Source: an uncultured Verrucomicrobiae bacterium (lineage in GTDB: Bacteria; Verrucomicrobiota; Verrucomicrobiia; Limisphaerales; Palsa-1400). Taken from it: a stretch of 64,000 nt of DNA. Shown one piece after another: positions 1 to 9,617 of this stretch. The stretch covers positions 3,840,001-3,904,000 of the forward strand of contig OY969763.1 of NCBI GenBank assembly GCA_963702845.1. Direction: 5' to 3'. A program made the translations under genes and the position numbers. The stretch's first letter is position 1; every line of letters begins with the position of its first letter. The notes under the pieces were generated by a model. It had not been told where the DNA came from. It did not search any database and was given only the letters and a program-made list of their open reading frames with translations.

Positions 1-1
1 G

Positions 2-166
2 CAGATTATTCGCGCACGAAATCTTCTGCGCCTGCTGTTTGGCCCGAGCCAGCGCGGGCAGCAGCATACTGGCCAAAATGCCGATGATCGCGATGACCAC
101 CAACAACTCGATCAGTGTAAAAGCGGCCGTCTTCGTCAACCACCTGTTCACTTTTGTTGTTTTCAT
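2..166 (-). CDS. Prepilin-type N-terminal cleavage/methylation domain protein (5' part; runs off window start)
   Basis: Manual translation from ATG at 166: [55 protein letters not shown]; classic [13 protein letters not shown] motif. Not in the ORF track. Confidence 0.9.
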   Translation of the reverse strand, partial: MKTTKVNRWLTKTAAFTLIELLVVIAIIGILASMLLPALARAKQQAQKISCANNL

Positions 167-413
167 TCGCTCAATTTCAGACGTTCTTCACAGCGCTAAC
201 GTTACGGCAAAACATCAACGTATCGGCGCGAGGCGGATATCCCGCTCGCCACGTTTGACGTGACAGCCGGGGCCAAAGATTCAACAAAACTTGCCCTATT
301 GCGGCAGTATCTTGACCTCAGCATCAGCACCATGATCTGCGCCGACCCGTAGATTCTGAACACTTTAGCATTTAGCGATGTGCAGTTCCCCTTTAGGCTG
401 CCCCCTTTCCTCA

Positions 414-773
414 ATGAGATTGCCGACCAAACTTCGCCTTGCCCTCGTCGTCATCGTGGTCCTGCTGATTGCCCACGCGTGCTGGTTCGATCGCGCCACG
501 TGGTACGGTGAATCATGGCGCGGCAAGCCCATGGCCAACGGCAAACCTTACAATCCCGACGCTCTGACCTGCGCCAGTTGGCACTACCCGCTCGGCACTA
601 AACTCCGTATTTCCCACGAAAAACGATCCGTCACCGTCCAGGTCACCGACCGCGGCGGCAAAAACCAGTGGTATCAATTCGGCAAAACCGTCGACCTCAG
701 CCCAGCCGCATTTAGCAGGCTCGGTTCGCTCAAGGCTGGCACGCTCCAAATCAACATCCGCCGCACCGATTAG
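414..773 (+). CDS. rlpA: RlpA-family (DPBB) septal ring lytic transglycosylase-like protein
   Basis: ATWYG...GKPMANG...LTCAS...PLGT...VQVTDRGG...VDLSPAAF motifs; N-terminal hydrophobic segment. Confidence 0.85.
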   Translation: MRLPTKLRLALVVIVVLLIAHACWFDRATWYGESWRGKPMANGKPYNPDALTCASWHYPLGTKLRISHEKRSVTVQVTDRGGKNQWYQFGKTVDLSPAAFSRLGSLKAGTLQINIRRTD

Positions 774-799
774 TGCGTTGCGAAAAAATTCATCGAAAT

Positions 800-850
800 G
801 TTGCAACTTCCTGCAACCTCCGCCTCCTTCCTGCAATTAGTTGCAAAGTG
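800..850. repeat. 10-bp-phased TGCAA repeat array
   Basis: TGCAA at 802, 812, 832 and 842. Confidence 0.7.
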
Positions 851-944
851 GAGCGGTTTTTTAGAGGGAAATGCTGCAACTTTATCAACAATCATATCCG
901 GGTTGCACTTCCCCGAATGCCGATAAGAACCGGCGGCCGAAGGG

Positions 945-972
945 ATTATAATGTGCAGTTACGGCTTGTCAA
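945..972 (-). promoter_or_regulatory. Consensus sigma70 promoter TTGACA-N16-TATAAT with no obvious downstream CDS
   Basis: Plus strand ATTATA at 945-950 and TGTCAA at 967-972. Confidence 0.7.
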
Positions 973-1028
973 TTATTGTAGGATAGACGCGGAGCACATA
1001 TCCAGCCGCCCAAAAAACACGGTTTTCA

Positions 1029-1976
1029 TTAGTGATTCAAAAGACTACTACTCACGCACTCATCGCGATAAGGGCTGTCCTCGAGAGCATGACGGTCCCA
1101 ATGGCCCAGATCAGCAGCAGCTTCATAGGTGCTTTGGGCAAAATCTACTATCGCTTCAGCCGAATCCGACGATTCTCGCACTTCATCATAAGGCATTAAA
1201 AACTCCCGAAGCTTTGGTTGAAAAAACGCACCCGGCCCTTTGATTTTCGCGGACGAAAAACCTTCCGGCGCAGGATAAGCGTAACTGTAAAACGCCGCCT
1301 GCGGATACGCCGCATTGCCCGGCCAGAATCCAAAACTGCTCACCTCGTGCGAATAAGCCTCGCGCGCCACGCGGTTCGCAAGATGCGGCACACCACCGGG
1401 ATGCGGAGGAGCCGTGCGTCCCGAAAATCGCGTAACAGCCAGATCAAAACTCCCCCAAAAGAAATGGACGGGGCTGCACTTGCCGATGAACCGCGAACGA
1501 AACACTTTCAGGACATTATTTATCGGCACTAGCGCCCGCCAAAACGTATTGGCCTGATCACGGTCATAGATCTTGTGGCGAGTGTCATCGAAGAACGGCG
1601 TCCCATCCTCCATCTCATTCGGGATAGGACTAAAATGAGTTTCAATCTCGAGGTCGGTCAGCACGTTCATCACACGCCGATAAAACGAAGCGACATCTTC
1701 GGCCTGAAGCGCAAAATCAAGACCGCGCCCGTCGCTGACCTGAAAAATCAAACGATGACTGATGAAATCGAATTCGATCGAAAAATTTTTGTCACCGTCA
1801 GAAATCGCCGACGTGCCCAAGCCGCGAGGGGTGACATACAGCGTAGAGAACCACGAATGATTGGCCCAGGGTTCTTTCGAGAGACGAATCTTGCCGACGA
1901 TTTGGGTCCAGAGGTGAATAGTTTCATAGGTATCTTTCCACACCTCGTAATCCAACTGCGGCCACGTCTCCCTCAT
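1029..1976 (-). CDS. DUF5996-family protein
   Basis: WKDTYETIHLWTQIVGKIRL, SPVHFFWGSFDLAVTRFSGR, EAYSHEVSSFGFWPG motifs. Confidence 0.85.
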   Translation of the reverse strand: MRETWPQLDYEVWKDTYETIHLWTQIVGKIRLSKEPWANHSWFSTLYVTPRGLGTSAISDGDKNFSIEFDFISHRLIFQVSDGRGLDFALQAEDVASFYRRVMNVLTDLEIETHFSPIPNEMEDGTPFFDDTRHKIYDRDQANTFWRALVPINNVLKVFRSRFIGKCSPVHFFWGSFDLAVTRFSGRTAPPHPGGVPHLANRVAREAYSHEVSSFGFWPGNAAYPQAAFYSYAYPAPEGFSSAKIKGPGAFFQPKLREFLMPYDEVRESSDSAEAIVDFAQSTYEAAADLGHWDRHALEDSPYRDECVSSSLLNH

Positions 1977-2527
1977 TCGCGACGTTCACCCCAAACGCAG
2001 ACGAAATCAAGAGGACAATTTCCGTCGCTTGTCCCCATCTGGCTGCTCTTCCTCAGAGACGGAAGAACCCGTTCGCTTTCATTATTAAGCGCAACCTGCG
2101 CCGGGCCTGCATGGATGCAATGAGGGAATTGCTCTATTCTGCCTACCGAAATCGGGCCGGTTCAAAAAACGCTTTTGGTGAAACCCGATTTGCAGACGAA
2201 CCCTCGGATTGAATTACGACACCCCGCCTGATGTTGGTATGTGTCATCTCACGTTAGCATGTAGTCGTAGCAAAATGTTGATCCTATGCAACCGCATCAA
2301 ACCCAACCAACCCGCGCGCAGAAAGGCGGCCCGCGCCTGCCAGCACTTGCCCGCCAACCAGCCGCGCAACAATCCCGTCGAGCCGCAGCAAAGGCCGCGG
2401 CCCTCGCTGCACGCGCCAAGCCATTTGTCGCGACCGCCAGGCGCGTGCCGTGGCGACGGCTGCAAATAAATGATGTGGATGGTCCAATCCAAGTCTGGTC
2501 CGAACCGGGTTACAAAGGAGTTTGAGT

Positions 2528-4900
2528 TCAGCGATGTACCACGAGCCGGAAAAATCTCACGCCGATCGCATTCACCAATGCTGAATCTTTGACGGTGACA
2601 TTGACGAATTGATTTGGTGCCGTTCCAATGGCGCTCGACTCCGAAACGGTCGCACCGGCAATGTTCACGATCCATCCGCTCCCAGCCGTGTAAGTCACGA
2701 GCGGATTCCACACCTTCAAATCGCTGCTCACCTGCAAAGCGTAAGTGAGCTCGAGCGCGCCGGTATTTCGGCGCAGCGTCAGGTTCAGGCGACTGGTGAG
2801 GATCGTTGCCGAAAGACTTCCTTCTTTGCCAAAAACATTCGGGTCACCGGCGACCGCATATTCCAAAAGATTCGGCATGCCATCGCCATCGCCATCCACC
2901 AGGTCACCTGCGATCGCGTTGTTCGTCGCATTATTACCAAAATGCGCCGTCTTCCAGGCGTCATACGGAGTGTTCGTGATCGTCAAAACGGCGGTGGATG
3001 GCGAGATGACATAAGCACCGGCCGAGTTGCTCAAGACAAGATTCACCGTGACCGTTGGCCCAGCCGGATTGTTCGAAGTGAAAACTGAAAACGCCTTTGC
3101 CGCCGAATCACCCGCCGCCCAAATCAACGTCCCCGACGCGCCGGCATAATCCACACCGGCGCTCGCAGTGCCACCGCTCGTAGTCGCGTACGAAACCGAC
3201 ACTGAGCCGTTTGTTCCGCCGGTCCGATTAACGGCGATGGTCGCCGTTGCCCCTGCCCGGACTGAAATGGCATTGGTGTTGAACGCCAAATTTCCACCGA
3301 GCAATCCGAAGCCGTAGACCGAAAATTGACTGCCGACATACACCTTCCCATTAACCACAGTGGGCACGGCAAATTTCACGCCATTCGTCATGCCGTCTCG
3401 AGTGCTGTTCTGTCCGCTGTGATAAATCTCCGAAAGATTCGTCGCGTTATACGCACTCAAAATTCCCGGAGACGCCAACTGTAACGCCCACACAATCCCG
3501 TTGCTCGTACCGTTCGCGCTGATGCTCGGTGTGCAACCTGGGATCGCGTAACTGCGCGAACCGGTCGCTGTTGCGCTGGGCGGTAGAAGGCCATTGTTGA
3601 GTTTGAAGCCGGTGAGCCCGTGGGTCCACCCGCCGTAATAAACCCAACCATTGAAATAAGCCGGCGTGCCCGTTGATCGACCGGTGGCGTCGGCGATTAC
3701 TTGCAACACGGCATCATTGGTTGCACCGGCGTTGAAGTGATTGTTGTTCGTCGTGAACTGGTCGCGATTGATGTTATACATTTTGCCTTCTTTGCCGTTG
3801 CCGACCAGCAAGTGCGTCACGTTCCCCGGTTGATCAGGCAGAAGGATCAAACCGCCGGAGCCGAGATCCGTATCGCCCAACGCCAACGCTGCCTGGTTGT
3901 AAGGCGTGAAATAATCAGCCACAGCCAGCTTGTTGTTGGACGTCGAGAGCTTGATAATGCTGTCGCCGTATTCGGTGCCGCCTGTGCCGTTGGTGGCGGT
4001 GAAAACTCCATTGCCCACTTCGAAATATAGATTCGTATTCGCGTCGACCGACAGCGCGCAGCCAGCCATCCAAATTCCACCCTCACCGGCGTCGCTGCCA
4101 AAATTGGCGATGGTCGAATTCGGCGTTGTGACAAAAATATTATTCGTTTTCAACTGCAACGTGGCCGCGTCAAAGCCGATGATCCAGCCGTGATACGGAT
4201 TCGTATCGGCATAGCCGGCATAACACACATAAACGATCCCGCCCGCCAACGTCAGCGCCGTGCGTTGCAGTTGTTGTTGCGGATTAAAAGTCAATTGCGT
4301 GCCGTTGCCGCCAACACCCGTTCCCGGATACGTGGGAGCAATCGTGGTCGGCGTCATTCGCTCCGTGCCATTGGTAATATTGATCGCGTGCAGCCGATGA
4401 AAATACGAACTCCCCTCGTGCGTGAAGGTATCCACATAAAGAGTGCCCGACGCGAGGTCGATCACCGGCGTTCCCGTGATGCCCACTTCATTAGTGATGT
4501 CGGTGTATATCCCGTTGTGATAACGCGTGCCGAAATCCGGGCTCGGTGTCACCGCTGAAATTCCCAGGTTCGTTTTCCACAACTGCCCGCCGCCATCCGC
4601 ATCAAAGGCATAAACCGAATCATGCTCGGTGGCGATGAACAGCACGTTGCGAATCCCCTGCCCTTGCACGTTGAGCTGCGAAACGTAAAGAGGCTGCGCA
4701 TACACAAATCCGTCCACCGTGTATTTGAATAATTTCCCGAACGCGTTCGAATTGACGTTCGCCAAGGTCAACAGCTTTTCACTTAAATTATCGCCCGACC
4801 GAGAGGTATTGTTGTGATACGTGAGGACATTGACTTGGGCCAAACCCGACGCGGCCACAGCCCAAATACAAACGGCAAAAACCCTGCCCAGCGCCTTCAT
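2528..4900 (-). CDS. Secreted PQQ-like beta-propeller protein with Calx-beta domain
   Basis: Signal peptide; VLTYHN...LTLANVN...FGKLF...VDGFVYAQPLYV; C-terminal Calx-beta-like segment (VSVSYATT.GGTA.AGVDY) and DGDGDGMPNLLEYA motif. Confidence 0.75.
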   Translation of the reverse strand: MKALGRVFAVCIWAVAASGLAQVNVLTYHNNTSRSGDNLSEKLLTLANVNSNAFGKLFKYTVDGFVYAQPLYVSQLNVQGQGIRNVLFIATEHDSVYAFDADGGGQLWKTNLGISAVTPSPDFGTRYHNGIYTDITNEVGITGTPVIDLASGTLYVDTFTHEGSSYFHRLHAINITNGTERMTPTTIAPTYPGTGVGGNGTQLTFNPQQQLQRTALTLAGGIVYVCYAGYADTNPYHGWIIGFDAATLQLKTNNIFVTTPNSTIANFGSDAGEGGIWMAGCALSVDANTNLYFEVGNGVFTATNGTGGTEYGDSIIKLSTSNNKLAVADYFTPYNQAALALGDTDLGSGGLILLPDQPGNVTHLLVGNGKEGKMYNINRDQFTTNNNHFNAGATNDAVLQVIADATGRSTGTPAYFNGWVYYGGWTHGLTGFKLNNGLLPPSATATGSRSYAIPGCTPSISANGTSNGIVWALQLASPGILSAYNATNLSEIYHSGQNSTRDGMTNGVKFAVPTVVNGKVYVGSQFSVYGFGLLGGNLAFNTNAISVRAGATATIAVNRTGGTNGSVSVSYATTSGGTASAGVDYAGASGTLIWAAGDSAAKAFSVFTSNNPAGPTVTVNLVLSNSAGAYVISPSTAVLTITNTPYDAWKTAHFGNNATNNAIAGDLVDGDGDGMPNLLEYAVAGDPNVFGKEGSLSATILTSRLNLTLRRNTGALELTYALQVSSDLKVWNPLVTYTAGSGWIVNIAGATVSESSAIGTAPNQFVNVTVKDSALVNAIGVRFFRLVVHR

Positions 4901-4967
4901 CAGGGTGCCAAAACTAACACCGCGCTATGTGCAATCAAATAGGCGACAGCCTTACAAATCGATGCAG

Positions 4968-6289
4968 TTAAACCGCGTAATGTTTTGCGACTTTCCTCAC
5001 TGCCCGGGCGACGCCTTGAATATAATTCTCATCCATCGCTTCATTGAGTCGGAACAGCATGCAGGTTTTCAGAATATCTTCCGTTACCGAACATTTCACT
5101 TTGGTGTAATCCATCGTGGTCAGGCCAAATTCTTTGATCGGCCAGCGACCGGCGAAAAACGAATGATTCTGGAACATCGGCAAGCCATAAACCGGCACGG
5201 GAATATAACCAGCACCGAACGTGACGCCTTCCGCCGCGAGCGCCTTCACGAATTGCGCTCTGTTACACTTCAATTTCTCCGGAACGACGCGCGTCATGTA
5301 AAACCAGTAAACACAACGGTCCTGCGGATCAACGTGGTGCGGGGTGATTCCTGGAATTCCCGCCAGTTCCTGCGTGAGCAACGCACCGAGTTGACTGCGC
5401 CGTGACGCAATGCCTTCCAAGCGCTCCAACTGCGCGGCCACGAACGCCGCTTGCAGTTCGCTGATGCGGTAATTAGTGCCCAAAGCAGTGGCCGTGTCTT
5501 TCGGGTTGTAACGGTTAGTGCCTTTGTCGCCGAACTTCGTCAACAGCGGACCGAACTTTGGATCACTGGTAACAGCCACGCCGCCGTCGCCGCAGGTAAT
5601 GTGTTTGGAATCCTGCAACGAAAAACAACTGATCGGCCAACCGAGCTGATCGGTTTACCGCGATACAACGCGCCCCACGCCTGCGCGCAATCTTCGATGA
5701 GAATTAATTTGTGCCGATCCGCAACCTCCTTCAGCTCAGCCAGCCTGCAAGGATTTCCGGCAAGGTGAACCGCGATGATCGCTTTCGTCTTCGGCGTTAT
5801 CTTGCGTTCAACATCCGCGACGTCAAGGCAGCCGGTGTTCGGTTCAAGATCAGCGAAGACCGGCACGCCCTGCTGGAACAACACGCCAACGACAGTGCCG
5901 ATGTCCGTGACACCCGAAGTAATCACTTCATCACCCGGCCCGATACCTGCGGCAGCCGCGGCGATATGCAACGAAGCGGTGCCTGACGAACAGGGTTGCA
6001 CATATTTGTGCCCGTAAATTTTTTGATGCCGATCGATGAGCAGTGCGGTCTGGTGATTCTTCCAGTAATAAAGCGAGTCCTGCTGCACCGCGGCGGCGAG
6101 TTGGTCCAATTCCGGCTTGCCCCAGCGCACCGGCTTGGGCATCGGAACAGTGACCGCTTTCGCTCCACCTTCCAGCGCGAGTTTCTCGGTTTCATTCTCC
6201 GCGCCTTTCACTCCGAATTGGCTCGCTGCCAGCAATACAGAAGTCGACGCAATAAATTTACGACGGGAAACTTGCGAGTTGGTTTTCAT
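4968..6289 (-). CDS. DegT/DnrJ/EryC1/StrS-family PLP aminotransferase with Tat-like leader, split by one frameshift near 5634
   Basis: SSGTASLH, IEDCAQAWGA, then in the other frame SCFSLQDSKHITCGDGG; ORFs 5540-6343 and 4968-5618 join with a 1-nt indel; N-terminal SRRKFI. Confidence 0.85.
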
Positions 6290-6472
6290 GGCTTGGCCAA
6301 GCTTAGACCGACGATCGCAAGACACGCAACAAAGGTTTGGCATGAAAGAGCCGGAATGGAAAAAGCATCATGGCAGTCAAACAAATCCGATTGCATCAAA
6401 CCCGGTTTTGTTTCACTCTCCCGCTCATCCCGCCATCTCAAATGGCAAAACAACCAAAGGAAAGGATCTGGC

Positions 6473-7396
6473 ATGAACAAGTTTCAGCGCAGTTGGCAGT
6501 TGTTCCGGAGTTCACTCACCGTTATGCAGCAAAACAAAAAGCTGCTCATTTTCCCGATCATCATCAGCGGACTGATGCTCCTCATCGCGCTCTTTTTCTT
6601 CGGGGCATTCGCCTTCCAGCCTACCGGCTACAGCTACACCTCGTCCGCCCATTGGAAGACCGTCGCCAACAGCGCCTGGGTTTCCGCTCCGGCGCAACAA
6701 GGCTCACGTCATTCCGAGGGCGCTCTCAAACCTCTCGCCGTCGTTTACCTCGCGATCATGTATTTTGTTTCCATGTTTCTCGCCACGTTCTGCAACGTTG
6801 CGTTCTATAACGAAATTCTCAAAGCGCTCAACGGCCAGGCTGTCTCGATTCGTGCCGGATTTCAATTCGCCTGCACGCGCTGGAAATCCATTCTCCTCTG
6901 GGCTGCCTTTGCCGGCGTCATCGGCTACATCATTAAATCGCTCGAAGAACGCTTCGGCCTGTTCGGTAAAATCGTACTGCGCCTCGTCGGCACTGCCTGG
7001 AGCGTCGCGTGCGTGTTCGTCATTCCCATCATCATCACCGACCCGGAATCCAATCCGTTCACGATCCTGAAAAAATCTGCGCTAACTCTGAAAAACACTT
7101 GGGGCGAATCATTGATTGGCTACGCCGGAGTTGCCTTCGGCAGCCTGATTGTCATGGTCGGCTCAGTCATTTACCTCGGCGCGGCGTTTGCTGGTTCGAT
7201 GGCCTTGAACAATTTTTGGCTGTTCGGCTTCGCTTTCGTGGCTTGGCTGATCGGCATCTTCGCCTTCAGTTACGTGGTCAGCGTCGCCAGTCAGATTTTC
7301 CGTTGCGCACTATATCTCTACGCGACCACCGGCAACGTGCCCCCGCCCTACAACGCCGACATGATGACGATGGCGTGGAAGACGAAGAAAGCTTAA
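6473..7396 (+). CDS. Membrane protein, DUF6159-like
   Basis: MNKFQRSWQL...LLIFP...LKKSALTLKNTWGESL; multiple TM helices; AAGGA RBS upstream of ATG 6473. Confidence 0.7.
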   Translation: MNKFQRSWQLFRSSLTVMQQNKKLLIFPIIISGLMLLIALFFFGAFAFQPTGYSYTSSAHWKTVANSAWVSAPAQQGSRHSEGALKPLAVVYLAIMYFVSMFLATFCNVAFYNEILKALNGQAVSIRAGFQFACTRWKSILLWAAFAGVIGYIIKSLEERFGLFGKIVLRLVGTAWSVACVFVIPIIITDPESNPFTILKKSALTLKNTWGESLIGYAGVAFGSLIVMVGSVIYLGAAFAGSMALNNFWLFGFAFVAWLIGIFAFSYVVSVASQIFRCALYLYATTGNVPPPYNADMMTMAWKTKKA

Positions 7397-7417
7397 GCCG
7401 CGCTAGACGTTAGTCGT

Positions 7418-7726
7418 GTGAAGGCAAAACCAAATAAGTGGCCTGAATTTTTATTCGCGCTCGCAGTCCGATTCGTGTGCGGATTTATTCTTGGCTGCCT
7501 CGCGTGCGCGGTGTTCTTTTTCAAAGGCATCTTGCGTTCCTTTTCTCACAACAACACGCACCTGCCATTCATTCTGATGCTCCTGTGCGGCGCTGTCGGC
7601 AGCATCGTGGCGATGTGTAATATCCCGCACTGGCAACGGCCGTGGTACAAGCGACAGAGCAGTGCATTAGACGCGCTCGCCGCTGACGAAGCTCTAAGTG
7701 TTTACCAGTCAACTTCTGAAGATTAA
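7418..7726 (+). CDS. Hypothetical two-TM membrane protein
   Basis: 102-aa ORF with two hydrophobic segments immediately downstream of the previous gene. Confidence 0.5.
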   Translation: MKAKPNKWPEFLFALAVRFVCGFILGCLACAVFFFKGILRSFSHNNTHLPFILMLLCGAVGSIVAMCNIPHWQRPWYKRQSSALDALAADEALSVYQSTSED

Positions 7727-7785
7727 ATCAACCGGTTCACACAATAAACAGCTCCGTAAAGTCTGTCATGATTGTGCTCAACCCT

Positions 7786-8199
7786 TCACTGATCCGACAC
7801 TTCGCCAATTTCCGTTTGCGGCGATACCACCATAAACGTCCCCTTCAGGCAAAACCACGCGCCCGCAATTCCCACCACCACCGCCATCGCCATCAACTTC
7901 ACGTCGATGTAGCCCACCTGCGCCAGAATCAGCCACAAAATCACCGGCACAAACATCAGCACCACGCCGATGCAGATCTTGCGCACGCCGCGCGCACGGA
8001 TCACTTTCTCCCGCTCCGTGAACATGGCATCAACCATCACGCACGCTTCGTCGTAACCGATGCCTTGCATCTGCAAGAACTTAACCACGTCCTCCGGCAC
8101 ATCGCCCCAGAACACCTTCGCGCGCGCTTCGTGCTGGGCCTGTTCAGGCGTTTTTTGAAATGAACTGAGGTAAGGGTCCTGCGGGTTTTCGATCGCCAT
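7786..8199 (-). CDS. Hypothetical membrane protein
   Basis: 137-aa ORF, two C-terminal TM helices, coding-like composition. Confidence 0.6.
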   Translation of the reverse strand: MAIENPQDPYLSSFQKTPEQAQHEARAKVFWGDVPEDVVKFLQMQGIGYDEACVMVDAMFTEREKVIRARGVRKICIGVVLMFVPVILWLILAQVGYIDVKLMAMAVVVGIAGAWFCLKGTFMVVSPQTEIGEVSDQ

Positions 8200-8402
8200 A
8201 ACTGTAATCCTTCCACATGGGGTTTCCGTTGCCGTCTGGGTTGATTAGCCGGATCCTGAACTTTTCCGATAAAAACGGAAGTGAAAAATGCGCGTTTGCT
8301 TGACGAACTTGCGCCCAATCCGTAAACCAGAGTTATTCAATCCCCACACGGACGTGGGGACGGGCAACGAACAGCGGAAAACGAACAACAACCAATCGGG
8401 AT

Positions 8403-9458
8403 ATGGCTGAATTCACCTTCTCTTGCGCAAGCTGCGGCAACGGCATTATTTGTGACTCACAATGGAGCGGGCACCAGATCGCCTGTCCCTCCTGTCAAGT
8501 TTCCGTCCTCGTTCCGGCGCCCACACCATTGGCAACACCCGCGCCAGTTCCGGCAGCAAACGCCGCAGCTGCCGCTGCCCGCGTACGCATGGCCGCGCGC
8601 ACCGGAGGCGGCAAAAAATCCACCGGCAAAATCGTTGCCTATGTCCTGATAGGAATCGTCGTCGTAGCTGGATTTTTCTATGTCATGAAACGCGGCGCAG
8701 CCGTTGATTCCAACATCGCGGAAAAAACCACCGCAGCCGCCAAAGAAAGTGGCGGCGGCGACCTCGGCCACATCGGCGAACTCTACGATGTCATCGACGC
8801 GACAGACCCCGACAAAATGCGCCATCCGCGCCTATCCAAAGCCGAGCAAGAAGAATTGAAAGCTTCACAAGCAAAATTGGCCGCGCGGTTCGACGCCATC
8901 AAAGCAGATCGCGACAAGCAAGCGGAAGAAGCCGCCAAACTCGCCCCCGCCGAGTGGACCATGGACATCGACTCCGCCCAGCTCCCAACCGGCCGCGCCA
9001 ACGGCATGCTCTCCGGCACCAACTTCGTCGTCGACACCTCGCGCATCGACCGCGCCGGCTACGCGCAAGTCCTCACCTTGCGCCAGGGCGAAGGCACCGC
9101 CGCCAACGCCGAAATGTTCGTCTACCTCAGCATCAGTCCGGGCGAAGTCGTGACCAACCGCACCTGGACCATCACCAAAGACATGAAAGGCAAAGGCGTT
9201 CCCCAGATCATCAAACGTTGGAAAACCAACCCGCGCTACGCCCTCTCCCAAAAAAGTTTCAACACCGGCTACGCCATGAAACTGGAAATCGGCGCTCCCA
9301 CCGACGGCGCGATCCCCGGCAAAATCACTCTATCCTTACCCGACACCGAAAAAAGCTACGTCGCCGGCGAATTCCACGCTGAATCAGCGCTGTACCAAAC
9401 CGCCGCCTCCGGCTATCGTTCCGCGTCGGGTTTAGATCCGCGCTATCGCTCTCCTTAA
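8403..9458 (+). CDS. Hypothetical protein with N-terminal zinc ribbon and one TM helix
   Basis: CASC...CPSC, Pro/Ala linker, TM segment, soluble C-terminal domain. Confidence 0.7.
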   Translation: MAEFTFSCASCGNGIICDSQWSGHQIACPSCQVSVLVPAPTPLATPAPVPAANAAAAAARVRMAARTGGGKKSTGKIVAYVLIGIVVVAGFFYVMKRGAAVDSNIAEKTTAAAKESGGGDLGHIGELYDVIDATDPDKMRHPRLSKAEQEELKASQAKLAARFDAIKADRDKQAEEAAKLAPAEWTMDIDSAQLPTGRANGMLSGTNFVVDTSRIDRAGYAQVLTLRQGEGTAANAEMFVYLSISPGEVVTNRTWTITKDMKGKGVPQIIKRWKTNPRYALSQKSFNTGYAMKLEIGAPTDGAIPGKITLSLPDTEKSYVAGEFHAESALYQTAASGYRSASGLDPRYRSP

Positions 9459-9617
9459 TTGGCGCGCAGTGATAAAGGCCAGCTTCCCCGGCGCTGAAAA
9501 TGATAGAACTGTCATTCAAAATTCGTTGTTGCGATTCGACGTTGAGCTATCGTTTGCGAATCTCCCTGACCCCACGTTTGGGATTATTTGACGAAACCAA
9601 AAATTTAAAAGCTGAAC

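Noticed and set aside
2286..2525. 79-aa ORF downstream-convergent with the beta-propeller gene
   Set aside because: Could be real, but has no recognisable motif or RBS; not enough support to call.
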